From: a virus
Virus record (IMG/VR): IMGVR_UViG_3300031972_002446
Coordinates: 64,001-128,000 of that record
DNA: 64,000 nt
Strand: one strand, 5' to 3'
In this document: piece by piece, positions 15,335 through 25,457 of the stretch
Layout: every line of letters starts with the position of its first letter
Numbering within the stretch: position 1 is the first letter of the stretch
Made by a program: the position numbers and the translations under genes
Notes under the pieces: model-generated
Databases searched by the model: none
Told to the model about the DNA's origin: nothing
Seen by the model: only the letters and a program-made list of their open reading frames with translations

Positions 15335-16819
15335 TTATACCTTTAGCATCTTTCTAAATTCCATTACTGACTTTGCCGTAAACACTTCAGATATCCCGTA
15401 CTCTTTTATACATACTTCTGCCAGTTCTTCATCTGAATATTCCTTATATAAATACTCGATCATTTTTTCTGCTTCTATTCCCAATAATGTTCGACCATCT
15501 TTTCTGCGTAAATTATTTTCTAAATGACTCTGTAATGCTTTTGGTTTATATAAACCCATATCATATCTCATAGATCGCACAACCCCCATTTTATATACTT
15601 TCCCACATTCTTTATTTATATATTCCGCTAGTTGTTCGTCTGACATCTTTTCATAATTACTCGCAATCACTTGATAAACACCACTATTCCTACCTTTATT
15701 TCTAATAGGTTTATTTATTCTTTTATCTCTTCTATCTTTCTGACCCTTCCAGACATACTTCTGTAATTTCGATTTAATATTACTAATATCTTTAGAACTA
15801 ATATCTAAATTATATTTTTCACTAAAAGCCTCTGCTATTTTTTTATTCTTTTTATTACCATACTTATCCTGACATTCCTGCAAAAATTCAGCCACACCTT
15901 CTTGATTCCACAAAGATAGTCTTTTCTTAATTGTTGTATTATTTTTTATTATATCAGGATACTTTTCTCTTAGGTTTAATTCTTTTTCCCATCTATATAC
16001 TCCAGTAGCCACACTTATTTCTCCATTAACTTCACAATTGCTTTTCCATCCATAAAACTTAGTAATTTCTGCCCCATCTCCTTTAAACTTCAACCAAATC
16101 TTTTCAAACTGTTCTGGAAAATCCCCTCTTTTATCAATACCATTCTGTCTATGACTACCAGGTTTTAAATGCTTAGGATTATAACAACGTTTATTATCGC
16201 ACATATGTCTAATTAATTCTGGATATTCTCCATACTCATCCCAATAAGCTAGTCTATGTAACAGAATACTTTTATTTTCCTTGCCTATATGTATTACCAA
16301 TTTACAATAACCATCACCACTAGCATTTGATTTAATCATAGGTTCTTTACAAGAAGTTCCATTATAAATTTTATCACTTTTTATCACATAGTTATTATAT
16401 GTTTTACTTTTTCTTGCTTTATCTAAAAACTTAGTTATATCTTCTGCATTGACAGCTCTCCAATTATTTAACAAACATTCTTCTTTCCACCTATACTGAT
16501 ATTCCGTTTCCTTCTGTAAAATTAAACTTTCGTCGCATCTTTCTAAGATTACATACTTCATCTCATACTCTGGGCTATCAAAACACTCTTGAACTTTCTT
16601 AGAATAATGCTTCTTATTTTCTAGATGAAACTTATGTGTTTTGCATCTTGAGACTATATTTGCACTACTACCAACATATATTTTGACGTCATCCTCAGAT
16701 TGTTTCTGAAATACCAAGCCGTAGGTTCCAGAAATTTTTTCCAAACTAATTAAATATAATTCTTCAAATTCCTCAATTTCTTTTTTGGTAATTGCGTATT
16801 TTAGTGTTAATTGTGTCAT
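15335..16819 (-). CDS. homing-endonuclease-like protein: GIY-YIG + HNH (Zn-loop His-Me) domains plus C-terminal HTH-like repeats
   Basis: GTYGL..YVGSS..I.SR...H, ILE...E (GIY-YIG); HRLAY...IRHMCDNKRCYNPKHL...N (HNH). Confidence 0.8.
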   Translation of the reverse strand: MTQLTLKYAITKKEIEEFEELYLISLEKISGTYGLVFQKQSEDDVKIYVGSSANIVSRCKTHKFHLENKKHYSKKVQECFDSPEYEMKYVILERCDESLILQKETEYQYRWKEECLLNNWRAVNAEDITKFLDKARKSKTYNNYVIKSDKIYNGTSCKEPMIKSNASGDGYCKLVIHIGKENKSILLHRLAYWDEYGEYPELIRHMCDNKRCYNPKHLKPGSHRQNGIDKRGDFPEQFEKIWLKFKGDGAEITKFYGWKSNCEVNGEISVATGVYRWEKELNLREKYPDIIKNNTTIKKRLSLWNQEGVAEFLQECQDKYGNKKNKKIAEAFSEKYNLDISSKDISNIKSKLQKYVWKGQKDRRDKRINKPIRNKGRNSGVYQVIASNYEKMSDEQLAEYINKECGKVYKMGVVRSMRYDMGLYKPKALQSHLENNLRRKDGRTLLGIEAEKMIEYLYKEYSDEELAEVCIKEYGISEVFTAKSVMEFRKMLKV

Positions 16820-17008
16820 TATACCCCTTTTATTCTGCAAAAATAAAAATATATCTTTATAGTATCTTTTGTAGTTTAATCACAAAGAATCGTAATGTAC
16901 TATAATATATAATATGGTGCGATTTAAAAGCTTGACATATAAGGCGTTATAGCTTATAATATTATTAACGAATCGTTTTTTATTACCTATAGGAAAAAAG
17001 GAAATAAT

Positions 17009-17611
17009 ATGAAATTAGAGAAAAAAATCGTTATCCAACCCCCTCCTTTTTCTACCAATGCTGGACAAGTCGTTAATCCTGATCCACTAGAATTCGAAGA
17101 ATTGGACTTAACTTTTCAAGATACTCCTAAAGCAAAAACTATACAAGTATTTATTAAAGATATTCCTAATCCGATTAATCTTTATTCGGCAAAAGCTTAT
17201 GATGACTTAGGAGATTGGACTAAAGCACAATTAGAAACTCGTCTTAAAGAAGCTTTAGGTCCTTATCCAGATGTCTTTTTAAGAAGTACTTTTCCTAGAA
17301 CTATGGAAGAAGATCCACATGGCCCAGGAACTCAATTATCTAAAATGATTAAAACTTTAGGTATTCACATGAGCGATAGTTGCTCTTGTCGTAGACATGC
17401 GTTAAAAATGAATGAGATGGGCGGAGATTGGTGTTTAGAAAATATTGATACTGTGGTTGGGTGGTTAGAAGAAGAAGCGAAGCGTAGAGGTCTACCTTTT
17501 GTGAAGATGGTAGGAAAGGTAATGGTAAACAGGGCTGTTAAGAAATCTAAGAAATTAATAGCCAATGAACCAGTACCAGAGAATGATGAGGATTTGGATA
17601 AGGAAGATTAG
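17009..17611 (+). CDS. hypothetical protein with C-terminal Cys-containing domain
   Basis: sigma70 promoter TTGACA-N17-TATAAT at ~16932-16960; GPGT.L..MI..LGI...CSC...MN..G.DWC. Confidence 0.7.
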   Translation: MKLEKKIVIQPPPFSTNAGQVVNPDPLEFEELDLTFQDTPKAKTIQVFIKDIPNPINLYSAKAYDDLGDWTKAQLETRLKEALGPYPDVFLRSTFPRTMEEDPHGPGTQLSKMIKTLGIHMSDSCSCRRHALKMNEMGGDWCLENIDTVVGWLEEEAKRRGLPFVKMVGKVMVNRAVKKSKKLIANEPVPENDEDLDKED

Positions 17612-17640
17612 TTTTTTAAATTATTGTTTCTTTCTCTAAG

Positions 17641-17672
17641 AGAAGAGGTTGCAGAAATGCAGCCTCTTTTTA
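17641..17672 (+). terminator. intrinsic terminator
   Basis: AGAGGTTGCA-GAAA-TGCAGCCTCT followed by TTTT. Confidence 0.75.
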
Positions 17673-17711
17673 TTTATATATTGGTGTATATAAAAAACAT
17701 ACGCATCTTAT

Positions 17712-18671
17712 ATGACATTGAACATCAAGGGTAAAAATATGGCTGAAGTAGTTTTAGGAACATTTAAGAATAATGACTTTGCTTGTGATGTATCTGATTG
17801 TGCTGTATCTGAGGGCAGTGCTGTCACAACCGTAACTAAGGTTACTTTTGATGATGATGTTCTTAAAGGCATATCTATAAAATCACCTCCAACATCAATA
17901 AAAAATTACGTTCGCAAATCATGGAGCCCTCTTGCATACGGTAGGACCGGGTCCGGTTGTACCCCCTACACAGCCGAACAATTCGCGCAAGTAGTTCAAA
18001 GCGAAGCAGCTGGTCTGACAGCTTGCTCAGGAAATTCAAATGCTACTTTTACAACCGGTACTTGTAGTTTAACAGTTTCAGGAAGTGTTACTGTTGTTTA
18101 TAGAGAACCTGGTAGCATCTTTGGAGGCAAAACCAATTGTGGTAATAGCGGTAGTATAACAAAGACTTTCAGTTATCATGCTCCATACTTGACTGGTCCT
18201 CAGTCAGTAACATTACAGAAAACATCTATGAATATGGAATTAGTAGACGGAGATGGTAATAGAACATCAACAGCTCAACCTATAGGACGAGACCTACCAA
18301 TGCCTCCTAATTGCTACGATGGAAGTACGCAATATGCATACAAGATGGAAGCTTGTCACGTTTGTGGAATTCCTTTCGGTAATGGGTCAGGACCAGGTTC
18401 TGCAACATTATGCAAAGGCACAGGTAACGAGCAAAATGTTTTTTCTGACACTGCTCATTCCACAGGTACTGCTATAGATAATGGTTATCCTACAGCAGGT
18501 CTTGCTGGAGCGGCTATGGCTGCTGTGGCAGGTCAAGCAGTAGCTGCTTTTGGTGCAGCCCGAGCAAATGCGATCAAAGCATATAAGGCTGCTTTAGCAG
18601 AAATGCCCGATCCTAATTGTGGTAGAATTTCTGTTGCGGTAAATTGCACTGCCTCAGTAGGTTGTTTTTAA
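17712..18671 (+). CDS. Cys/Thr/Gly-rich putative virion protein
   Basis: late motif TTGGTGTATA upstream; beta-rich composition; probable start 17739. Confidence 0.6.
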   Translation: MTLNIKGKNMAEVVLGTFKNNDFACDVSDCAVSEGSAVTTVTKVTFDDDVLKGISIKSPPTSIKNYVRKSWSPLAYGRTGSGCTPYTAEQFAQVVQSEAAGLTACSGNSNATFTTGTCSLTVSGSVTVVYREPGSIFGGKTNCGNSGSITKTFSYHAPYLTGPQSVTLQKTSMNMELVDGDGNRTSTAQPIGRDLPMPPNCYDGSTQYAYKMEACHVCGIPFGNGSGPGSATLCKGTGNEQNVFSDTAHSTGTAIDNGYPTAGLAGAAMAAVAGQAVAAFGAARANAIKAYKAALAEMPDPNCGRISVAVNCTASVGCF

Positions 18672-18709
18672 TACTAATATTACTTTACAAAACAGAGAAA
18701 ATAAAAATT

Positions 18710-19888
18710 ATGGCAATTTATCAACCTATCAATTTAAATGAAACTGCTACTAGATTATCTTTTAAAGGAGCAGATGATAGTACTTTTACTGTTTCCTCAG
18801 GCAAGGTTGTAGATAAAGGTATAAATTTATTAATTAAAAATCCAGGAAATGAAACTAAAACAGATATGTATTTTCAAGTACATGAAGATTCTATTTCTAT
18901 AGAAACAAGTGATGTGACGTATTCTGGTTCTAAAATATATGGATTAATAGAATCTAGTATAGATTATGAAGATGATCAACCCGCTATTATAGAATTTAAT
19001 ATTACTTCTCCTACTTATAGGCCAGAATTTTCTAGCGTTGTAGCATCAGGTTTATTTCAAGGAAATAATTCTTATTCATTAACGGAAGACTATCTTTATA
19101 GCGATACCAGAGATCTTCATTATATTGATAGTGATTCTATGAATTCTATTTTTCTTGATATTTCTTTAATGTCTACAATCAATAGTATCGATATTTATAG
19201 TGGTGGATCTGGTTACAAATTAGGTACTGTATTTACTTTATCAAATAATGATGCTAGAACTACCATAGGCGGTTTATCTGATGCTAGTATTACTGGTAAT
19301 TTAAGTTTGAATAGTGGTACTGTTAGTATTAGCGGAGGCGAGTCTTATCAAGTAGGCGAAACCTTTACCGTAACAGATAGTGTTTCTGGTAGCAGTGGTA
19401 TTATACAAATTACAGAAGTAGCTTATAATAGTAGAGCAATTACAAAAATAATATTAGTATCTTCAGATAATGGTTTTACTAACACACCATCTGTAACTTA
19501 TAATGGTTCTAATGGTTCGGGAGCGACAATCACAATTAATGATAATTATACATTAGGTAGCGTAACAGTTAATGATGGTGGAGAAGCATATCCTGGTGGT
19601 ATTAATAGGGTAAAATCAAGTTTAGCTAGTGTTGAATATGATCCAACTGTTCAAGCGATATTAGTATTAATTACTGAATCATATAGAGAATCTGGTGTTT
19701 CTATAAAAAATAATTTCATATTGGCAGATTGTAAGATTAAAGAAGCAGGTAATAATTTAAACAGTGAATCTGATTATAAGTTATTTGATAATAATAAACA
19801 ATATAATTTTAACGATTATATTACTATTAATGCGTATATAGATATTGATGATACTATACCTAATAATGATCCAGTTTTTTTCGTGTAA
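18710..19888 (+). CDS. putative virion structural protein with GSGY repeats (paralog 1)
   Basis: SGGSGYKLG, SGGESYQVGE, GFTNTPSVT, GSGATIT repeats typical of phage baseplate/fibre proteins. Confidence 0.65.
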   Translation: MAIYQPINLNETATRLSFKGADDSTFTVSSGKVVDKGINLLIKNPGNETKTDMYFQVHEDSISIETSDVTYSGSKIYGLIESSIDYEDDQPAIIEFNITSPTYRPEFSSVVASGLFQGNNSYSLTEDYLYSDTRDLHYIDSDSMNSIFLDISLMSTINSIDIYSGGSGYKLGTVFTLSNNDARTTIGGLSDASITGNLSLNSGTVSISGGESYQVGETFTVTDSVSGSSGIIQITEVAYNSRAITKIILVSSDNGFTNTPSVTYNGSNGSGATITINDNYTLGSVTVNDGGEAYPGGINRVKSSLASVEYDPTVQAILVLITESYRESGVSIKNNFILADCKIKEAGNNLNSESDYKLFDNNKQYNFNDYITINAYIDIDDTIPNNDPVFFV

Positions 19889-19908
19889 ATTTATAGGAGA
19901 CTTACCAA

Positions 19909-20853
19909 ATGAGCCGTTGCTGTACTGATGATTGCACTTGCCCTGAAGCACCCAAAACAGGAGCCTGGAGCACTGCGCACGGTCCTGGTTGTTGTGGTTG
20001 TCTCTACGATCAGGAGGGTGCTAGTTGCACAGATGTTCATGGTAAAAAACTTCCTGAGAGACATCCAGATCCTGATAATTGCAGTTGCATATGTAAAGGC
20101 GCTTCAGATGAGATTTGTGCGGCAAATCCGGGAATTCATACAGAGTTTGATAGTTTGAATTGTAGATGTTGGTGTTCTTATCTTGATGAAGAAGATGATG
20201 GAACTATAACAGATACTTGCGCTGGAGATAGTGGTGGTAAAATGTTTATTGACAAGGGATGTGATTGTGTTTGCGAATCAAGTTTTCCTTGTCCAGATCC
20301 TAAAAAACCTAAATGGGTCGTAAATGGTAAATATGACTGTGAATGTAAGTGTGATATAGAGCCAGAAGAATGTGAAGGATTCACGCCTGATTTTAATGAA
20401 GAAGAGTGTAAATGTCAATGTGATTTAATAGAAGCAAATCCAGATGAGCCTTGCCAAGATCCTGCAGCACCTCATTTCAACCACGCGGGATGTGGATGTG
20501 AATGTTATACATATAAGGTGGAATGTGATGAACCAGCCAAACCAGATGTAAAAAAAGAAGATTGTTCGTGTTTTTGTAGCAAAGCTGAGACAGGCTATTG
20601 TGAAAGCATAGAAACTGGTACCGGAGCTCAAGCAGGAAATTATCATGTTTTAGATCCTGCTAATTGTAAATGTGTATGTAACGCTGAGTGCTCAGCTCCT
20701 CTTGTGAAAGGAGATGGATGTTATTGTCGCTGTCCCTCAGAAACTATTTCTCCTACGTGTGATAAAGCTACTGAGAAATTTGATCCAGATAGTTGTTCGT
20801 GTGTTCCAAAAGATTATGTTTTAAGTCTTTTGAGTGAAGAGTTAATTCCGTAG
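19909..20853 (+). CDS. Cys-rich CxCxC-repeat protein (paralog 1)
   Basis: ~46 Cys in 314 aa; 9 CxCxC motifs each preceded by a lone Cys; AGGAG RBS. Confidence 0.8.
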   Translation: MSRCCTDDCTCPEAPKTGAWSTAHGPGCCGCLYDQEGASCTDVHGKKLPERHPDPDNCSCICKGASDEICAANPGIHTEFDSLNCRCWCSYLDEEDDGTITDTCAGDSGGKMFIDKGCDCVCESSFPCPDPKKPKWVVNGKYDCECKCDIEPEECEGFTPDFNEEECKCQCDLIEANPDEPCQDPAAPHFNHAGCGCECYTYKVECDEPAKPDVKKEDCSCFCSKAETGYCESIETGTGAQAGNYHVLDPANCKCVCNAECSAPLVKGDGCYCRCPSETISPTCDKATEKFDPDSCSCVPKDYVLSLLSEELIP

Positions 20854-20908
20854 CAATTGGTGTAATATAATAAAAGATACTACTTAATACGATAAAAAGA
20901 GGTTTTAT

Positions 20909-21100
20909 ATGAATATTAGTTATGGAAGTAAAATTAAATCTAGAATAGATAGAGATTTTAACGAAAGATCTATTACTAGGGGTACAGAACCTCAATTAAA
21001 AGACAAAACCAAAGTTGTATATCCTATACAACATCCTAGACCAAGATTCTTTTTGGGTCCATACAATCTTAAAGTTCAAACAGGGGGATCTGATATATGA
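20909..21100 (+). CDS. small basic hypothetical protein
   Basis: GAGG RBS, late motif upstream, ATGA overlap with the next gene. Confidence 0.55.
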   Translation: MNISYGSKIKSRIDRDFNERSITRGTEPQLKDKTKVVYPIQHPRPRFFLGPYNLKVQTGGSDI

Positions 21101-22494
21101 ATGACTCAAAAACTATGTATCAAATTTACAATGACGAATATTCATTAATATCTTATCCTTACGGAGTAGATAGTTCTTCTTTTGCTGTAGATGATACAAG
21201 AAAAGATATTACTTATGGTTTATATCTTAGAATTCCAATCGGAACTAGCGTAGCTACTCCGACTTTTAGAGAAGCGGAGTTGTTTACTGTATCTAAATTT
21301 AATGACGAAAGTATAGAATTTGTTACAGCTTCAGATAAATCTGGAAGTTTTTCTGCTTCTAGTGTTTATGTTGTTATTCCTTGTTATTCAAGAGTAGGTG
21401 GTAAAGGAAATACAATTATTGAATACGATATTGTTGCTGACACTCCCACTAATGCTTCAGGTGTAAATTTATTAAGCACAGAAAGTATTGATACAAGCAC
21501 CGATGGTATGAATACAGCTAATGTTTCTTCTGGGACCAAAGCAGAGCTAAGCGAAAGATTAGGATATAGTTATGATATAGTAAATGGTACTAATTTCAAC
21601 TCACGACCAAGAATTGCATCAGTATTAACAGCAGTTTCTGCTGAACCATCAGATGAAAACTATGTTAATCCTAGCTCGGGTTATAAAATAGGAACAACAT
21701 ACACAATATATCCGCTCGAAGGTTACTGGGATGATATAGACGCATCAAATATTGTTAAACCTACTATTACTGTTAATTATAATATATCATTAGACGCAGA
21801 AATGAAAACTACCAGTTTTACTATTACTGGTGGTTCTGGTTATCAAGCTGGTGATACATTTTCAGTGAGTAACGGAGGTTCTATAAAAGTGACATCTGTT
21901 GATAATCAAGGAGCTATTAGAGATATCGTTATGGTAACTCAAGGTTCTAGTTTTACCTCAGCGCCTACTGTTACTTACGATTCGCCTTCTAGAAGTGTTG
22001 TTGGTAGCGGAGCCACTGTTACTGTTAATAATAGTTATGCTGTAGATAGTGTTTCTTTAGATAGTTCTGATGGATTTCCTTTTACAGAAGGTGGTGTGGG
22101 TACTATCAGACCATTATCAGGTTATGATGCAGACTCAGATCTTATAGACTATACATTATATTATGAAACGGATAATCCAGGTGTTTATGCTGTTGAGAAT
22201 TTAGATAAGTTTTCTTTAGATTCTATCTACGTTATGAATAAGGGTGTTGGCTATGGTGCCGTTACTGATTATGATTTACATATTTATAAACCTAATTATG
22301 TTACTAGACTATATGAATATGTTGCAAACACTTTTGATATAACTTACGACTTAAAACTTAAGGCTGATTTACAGATGCTACCATCTTATGGAAGTAGTAC
22401 TCCAGATGCTAGTAGATTTTATAATCCTTCTGCGATAGTTGGTCCAACACCTAACAATCGTATATTCACACACACTATTAAGGAAGAGGAGTAA
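21097..22494 (+). CDS. putative virion structural protein with GSGY repeats (paralog 2)
   Basis: SSGYKIG, TGGSGYQAGDTF, GSSFTSAPTVT, GSGATVT repeats collinear with 18710..19888. Confidence 0.65.
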   Translation: MNDSKTMYQIYNDEYSLISYPYGVDSSSFAVDDTRKDITYGLYLRIPIGTSVATPTFREAELFTVSKFNDESIEFVTASDKSGSFSASSVYVVIPCYSRVGGKGNTIIEYDIVADTPTNASGVNLLSTESIDTSTDGMNTANVSSGTKAELSERLGYSYDIVNGTNFNSRPRIASVLTAVSAEPSDENYVNPSSGYKIGTTYTIYPLEGYWDDIDASNIVKPTITVNYNISLDAEMKTTSFTITGGSGYQAGDTFSVSNGGSIKVTSVDNQGAIRDIVMVTQGSSFTSAPTVTYDSPSRSVVGSGATVTVNNSYAVDSVSLDSSDGFPFTEGGVGTIRPLSGYDADSDLIDYTLYYETDNPGVYAVENLDKFSLDSIYVMNKGVGYGAVTDYDLHIYKPNYVTRLYEYVANTFDITYDLKLKADLQMLPSYGSSTPDASRFYNPSAIVGPTPNNRIFTHTIKEEE

Positions 22495-22499
22495 CTCTT

Positions 22500-23345
22500 A
22501 TGACAGTTCTTATATGTTGCGGAGGATGCAATTGTCCTTCAGATAAGCCTAATGTAATACCAGATGCTGTACAAGGACCATGTTGTAGATGTGATATTGA
22601 CGAAGGTATTGAAGAATGTCCTGCTAATGATCCTCATCCTGTTCATGGTAGATTACCAGGACCTGTAGGTGCTTGTGCGTGTGAGTGTGATCCCGGTAGA
22701 GCTGGTCAAATTGGTGAATACACACCTGAATTTGATGAAGATGGCGTTATGACAGCCAATACTTGGGAAGGAGAATGTCCTCCAAATGTTCCTGAATTTG
22801 ATACTGCTATTTGCGCATGTAAATGCACCAAGGATGCTGACACTTGTGCTCCTAAGACATTTATATCAGAAATCTGCGATTGTAAATGTACAAAAACCGA
22901 GGATGATTGCTCAGCCCCTAACCCAGAATTAGATCCAGACTCTTGCTCGTGCGGTCCATGTACGAACACTTGCGAAGATGCAGCCCTGCCAGATCGAGAT
23001 GATGATACATGTGAGTGTAAATGTGATAAAGACGATCCTGATGGTGGTAATTCTTGCCCAGAAGATACTCCGGATTTAAAAGCTGAAGATTGCAGTTGCT
23101 TCTGTGCTTTAGCTGAGCTTGAAACTCCTTGTGCTAAAGGTGAGAAGTTCTCCCCAGGTACTTGTTCTTGTGATCCTTGTCCTACACCATGCCCTGAAAA
23201 TCATGTCAGAGATGACGTAGGTTGTGGTTGTGCTTGTCCTCAGCCTAAAGCAATCTGTGCTTCAGATGAAACTTTTGATGATGAGACATGTAGTTGTGTT
23301 CCTAGCTATGCATCAGCTTTACTCGATGTAGACCTTCTACCTTAA
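22500..23345 (+). CDS. Cys-rich CxCxC-repeat protein (paralog 2)
   Basis: ~42 Cys in 281 aa; N- and C-termini match those of 19909..20853. Confidence 0.8.
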   Translation: MTVLICCGGCNCPSDKPNVIPDAVQGPCCRCDIDEGIEECPANDPHPVHGRLPGPVGACACECDPGRAGQIGEYTPEFDEDGVMTANTWEGECPPNVPEFDTAICACKCTKDADTCAPKTFISEICDCKCTKTEDDCSAPNPELDPDSCSCGPCTNTCEDAALPDRDDDTCECKCDKDDPDGGNSCPEDTPDLKAEDCSCFCALAELETPCAKGEKFSPGTCSCDPCPTPCPENHVRDDVGCGCACPQPKAICASDETFDDETCSCVPSYASALLDVDLLP

Positions 23346-23533
23346 TTAGAGGGTCTGCCTTTGGGTCTAGACAAACGATATTTACGCCTTTGCCTTCTAA
23401 TCATATCTGTAGATATATTATCTCCTGTGATTCTAGATAGTGTAACAGCAATAGAATTGTCGGTCATTTTAATATAATTATTTTTAATAAATTCCACATC
23501 TTCATCTCTCCATCTTCTATATAATCTATTCAT
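23342..23533 (-). CDS. small HTH DNA-binding protein
   Basis: W..EDVEFIK.NY..MTD..IA..L..., AT-hook-like RPKGRP. Confidence 0.6.
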   Translation of the reverse strand: MNRLYRRWRDEDVEFIKNNYIKMTDNSIAVTLSRITGDNISTDMIRRQRRKYRLSRPKGRPSN

Positions 23534-23618
23534 AAAGATATCTCGCTTTACTTTGGTGTAAGTATTAACTACAATACTATTATAGAGAGTTTTCTACGTT
23601 TAGCAAAGAAAGAATATT

Positions 23619-23780
23619 ATGAAAAATCAGACTTATACAAATATTGCTGGATCTTCGGTTAAAGTTGTAGCATCTGAGGAATTGGAACTTAGCTTAGATA
23701 AGGATTTAAATGAGGAACAGGAAACAAAAAGTATTGAAGAATTACTGAATGAGCAAAAAAAAGCAGCAGAAACAACCTAA
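23619..23780 (+). CDS. small acidic protein (53 aa, not in ORF track)
   Basis: MKNQTYTNIAGSSVKVVASEELELSLD...; overlaps the sigma gene start. Confidence 0.45.
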   Translation: MKNQTYTNIAGSSVKVVASEELELSLDKDLNEEQETKSIEELLNEQKKAAETT

Positions 23781-24387
23781 GGTTTCAGATGAACAATTTC
23801 TAGAAACCCTAGATATTATAACCAAAAAACTGGTATATAAATTCAGATTCGGCTACCATGATATAGAAGATATGAAACAGCAGGCAGCTGTTTTTGCTCT
23901 AGAAGGACTTAAAAAGTACGACCATTCTAGACCTTTAGAAAACTTTTTATGGACACATGTTAGAAATCGCCTTTTCAACTATAAACGAGATAATTACCAA
24001 AGACCAGATAAGCCTTGTTTAACGTGTCCTTTATACCAACCTAATGACGAGGTTTCTGATTGCGCTCAATTTAAAGATAAATTAAATTGTAATGCTTATA
24101 AAGTTTGGTTTAAAAGAAACGATAGCAAAAAGAATATTATGCAGCCATCTTATATTGATGGTAAAGATCCTCAAAATAAAAAAGACTTCTTAAGAGATAT
24201 TATGAATTCTGAGGTTATTGATCAGATCGAAGACACACTACCTATCAAATATAGAAATACATACTTAAAATTAAAACATGGTATGAAGGTTGCTAAAAAT
24301 GATAAAGTTAAATTACAAAATTATATTAAACGACGCTTTATAGACAAAAATAAGAATAAAGATAATAAGGATAATGAAAATGAGTAA
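23749..24387 (+). CDS. phage sigma70-family factor (region 2 plus Cys insertion), probable late sigma
   Basis: DIEDMKQQA...LEGLKKYD.SRPLENFLW..VRNRL.NY.R region-2 pattern; KPCLTC...C...C; I..LP..YR region-4-like start. Confidence 0.7.
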   Translation: MSKKKQQKQPKVSDEQFLETLDIITKKLVYKFRFGYHDIEDMKQQAAVFALEGLKKYDHSRPLENFLWTHVRNRLFNYKRDNYQRPDKPCLTCPLYQPNDEVSDCAQFKDKLNCNAYKVWFKRNDSKKNIMQPSYIDGKDPQNKKDFLRDIMNSEVIDQIEDTLPIKYRNTYLKLKHGMKVAKNDKVKLQNYIKRRFIDKNKNKDNKDNENE

Positions 24388-25201
24388 AAAAAGAGGTCAG
24401 TTATCATTATCAGAAGAAAAATATATAAAAGATAATGTGCATGATGTATCTATAGAACAAATAGCTGAACATTTAAATAGAAATACTGCTCCAGTTAAAA
24501 AATATATAGAAAAAAACAATCTTTTACAACCTAAAGAAGAGTTTGATGAAGTAGAAATATTAAAGATAAAATTAAGATCCAAATCTTTTTGGTCTGAGGT
24601 GTGTAAGCAATTTGATATAGATACTGGTGAGTTGAGTTATTTTGAAAATACTTGGGTTAATTTAATAAAGCAATTTAGAGAAGATGTTTTGCCAGCAGAA
24701 GAGTTGCAGATCAAACAGTTTATTACTATCGATATACTTATCAATCGAAGTATGAAGGAAAGAAAAAGACATATAGCAGAAACGACAAAACTACAGAAAA
24801 AAGTTGATTTTGAGTATGAAATACCAGAGGCGGATAGAGACACTGCTAAGCTAGCAAATCTTGAAACACAGTTGAGTTTTGCTAGAAATAGTATTGCTAG
24901 TTACACTAATGAATATACTAAGCTCCTTTCGGAACAACAAAAAATTAGTAAAGATCTTAAAGCAACAAGAGAACAGCGAATCAAACGTATTGAAGATGGT
25001 AAAAGCAGCTGGACGGGCCTTATTAGAATGCTAGAAGATGAAAGCATTAGAGAAAGCGAAGGTCGTCAGTTAGAAATTATGAAATTAGCTACTAAGCAAT
25101 TTAAAAATCAATTACAAGACGCTCATCAATATCAAGACGAAGAATACGATAGACCAATCCTTAACCACGAATCAGCTAAAAGAGAACAGGAAGATGCGTA
25201 G
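24374..25201 (+). CDS. HTH + coiled-coil protein, candidate terminase small subunit
   Basis: N-terminal SIEQIAEHLNR HTH, long helical body, position upstream of TerL. Confidence 0.45.
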   Translation: MKMSKKRGQLSLSEEKYIKDNVHDVSIEQIAEHLNRNTAPVKKYIEKNNLLQPKEEFDEVEILKIKLRSKSFWSEVCKQFDIDTGELSYFENTWVNLIKQFREDVLPAEELQIKQFITIDILINRSMKERKRHIAETTKLQKKVDFEYEIPEADRDTAKLANLETQLSFARNSIASYTNEYTKLLSEQQKISKDLKATREQRIKRIEDGKSSWTGLIRMLEDESIRESEGRQLEIMKLATKQFKNQLQDAHQYQDEEYDRPILNHESAKREQEDA

Positions 25202-25457
25202 ATTTTATGATAATCAATATAAACAATGGATAAAGAAAATTTTTGCTAGAGACAGGCATAGCTGTCAGTGGCCTGGTTGTTCTAGCAGGAGAAAGCTTAA
25301 TGCCCACCATATCAAAAAATGGTCAGATTATCCAGGATTAAGATTCCATTTAGATAATGGTATTACTTTATGTAAACAGCATCATGATCTTATTAAAGAT
25401 AATGAAGAAAATTATGAAATGTTTTTCTTTAAGATAATAGGAGAGCATAAAAAATGA
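25194..25457 (+). CDS. HNH endonuclease (packaging-associated type)
   Basis: RD...CQ.PGC, AHHI, NGITLC..HH. Confidence 0.85.
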   Translation: MRRFYDNQYKQWIKKIFARDRHSCQWPGCSSRRKLNAHHIKKWSDYPGLRFHLDNGITLCKQHHDLIKDNEENYEMFFFKIIGEHKK

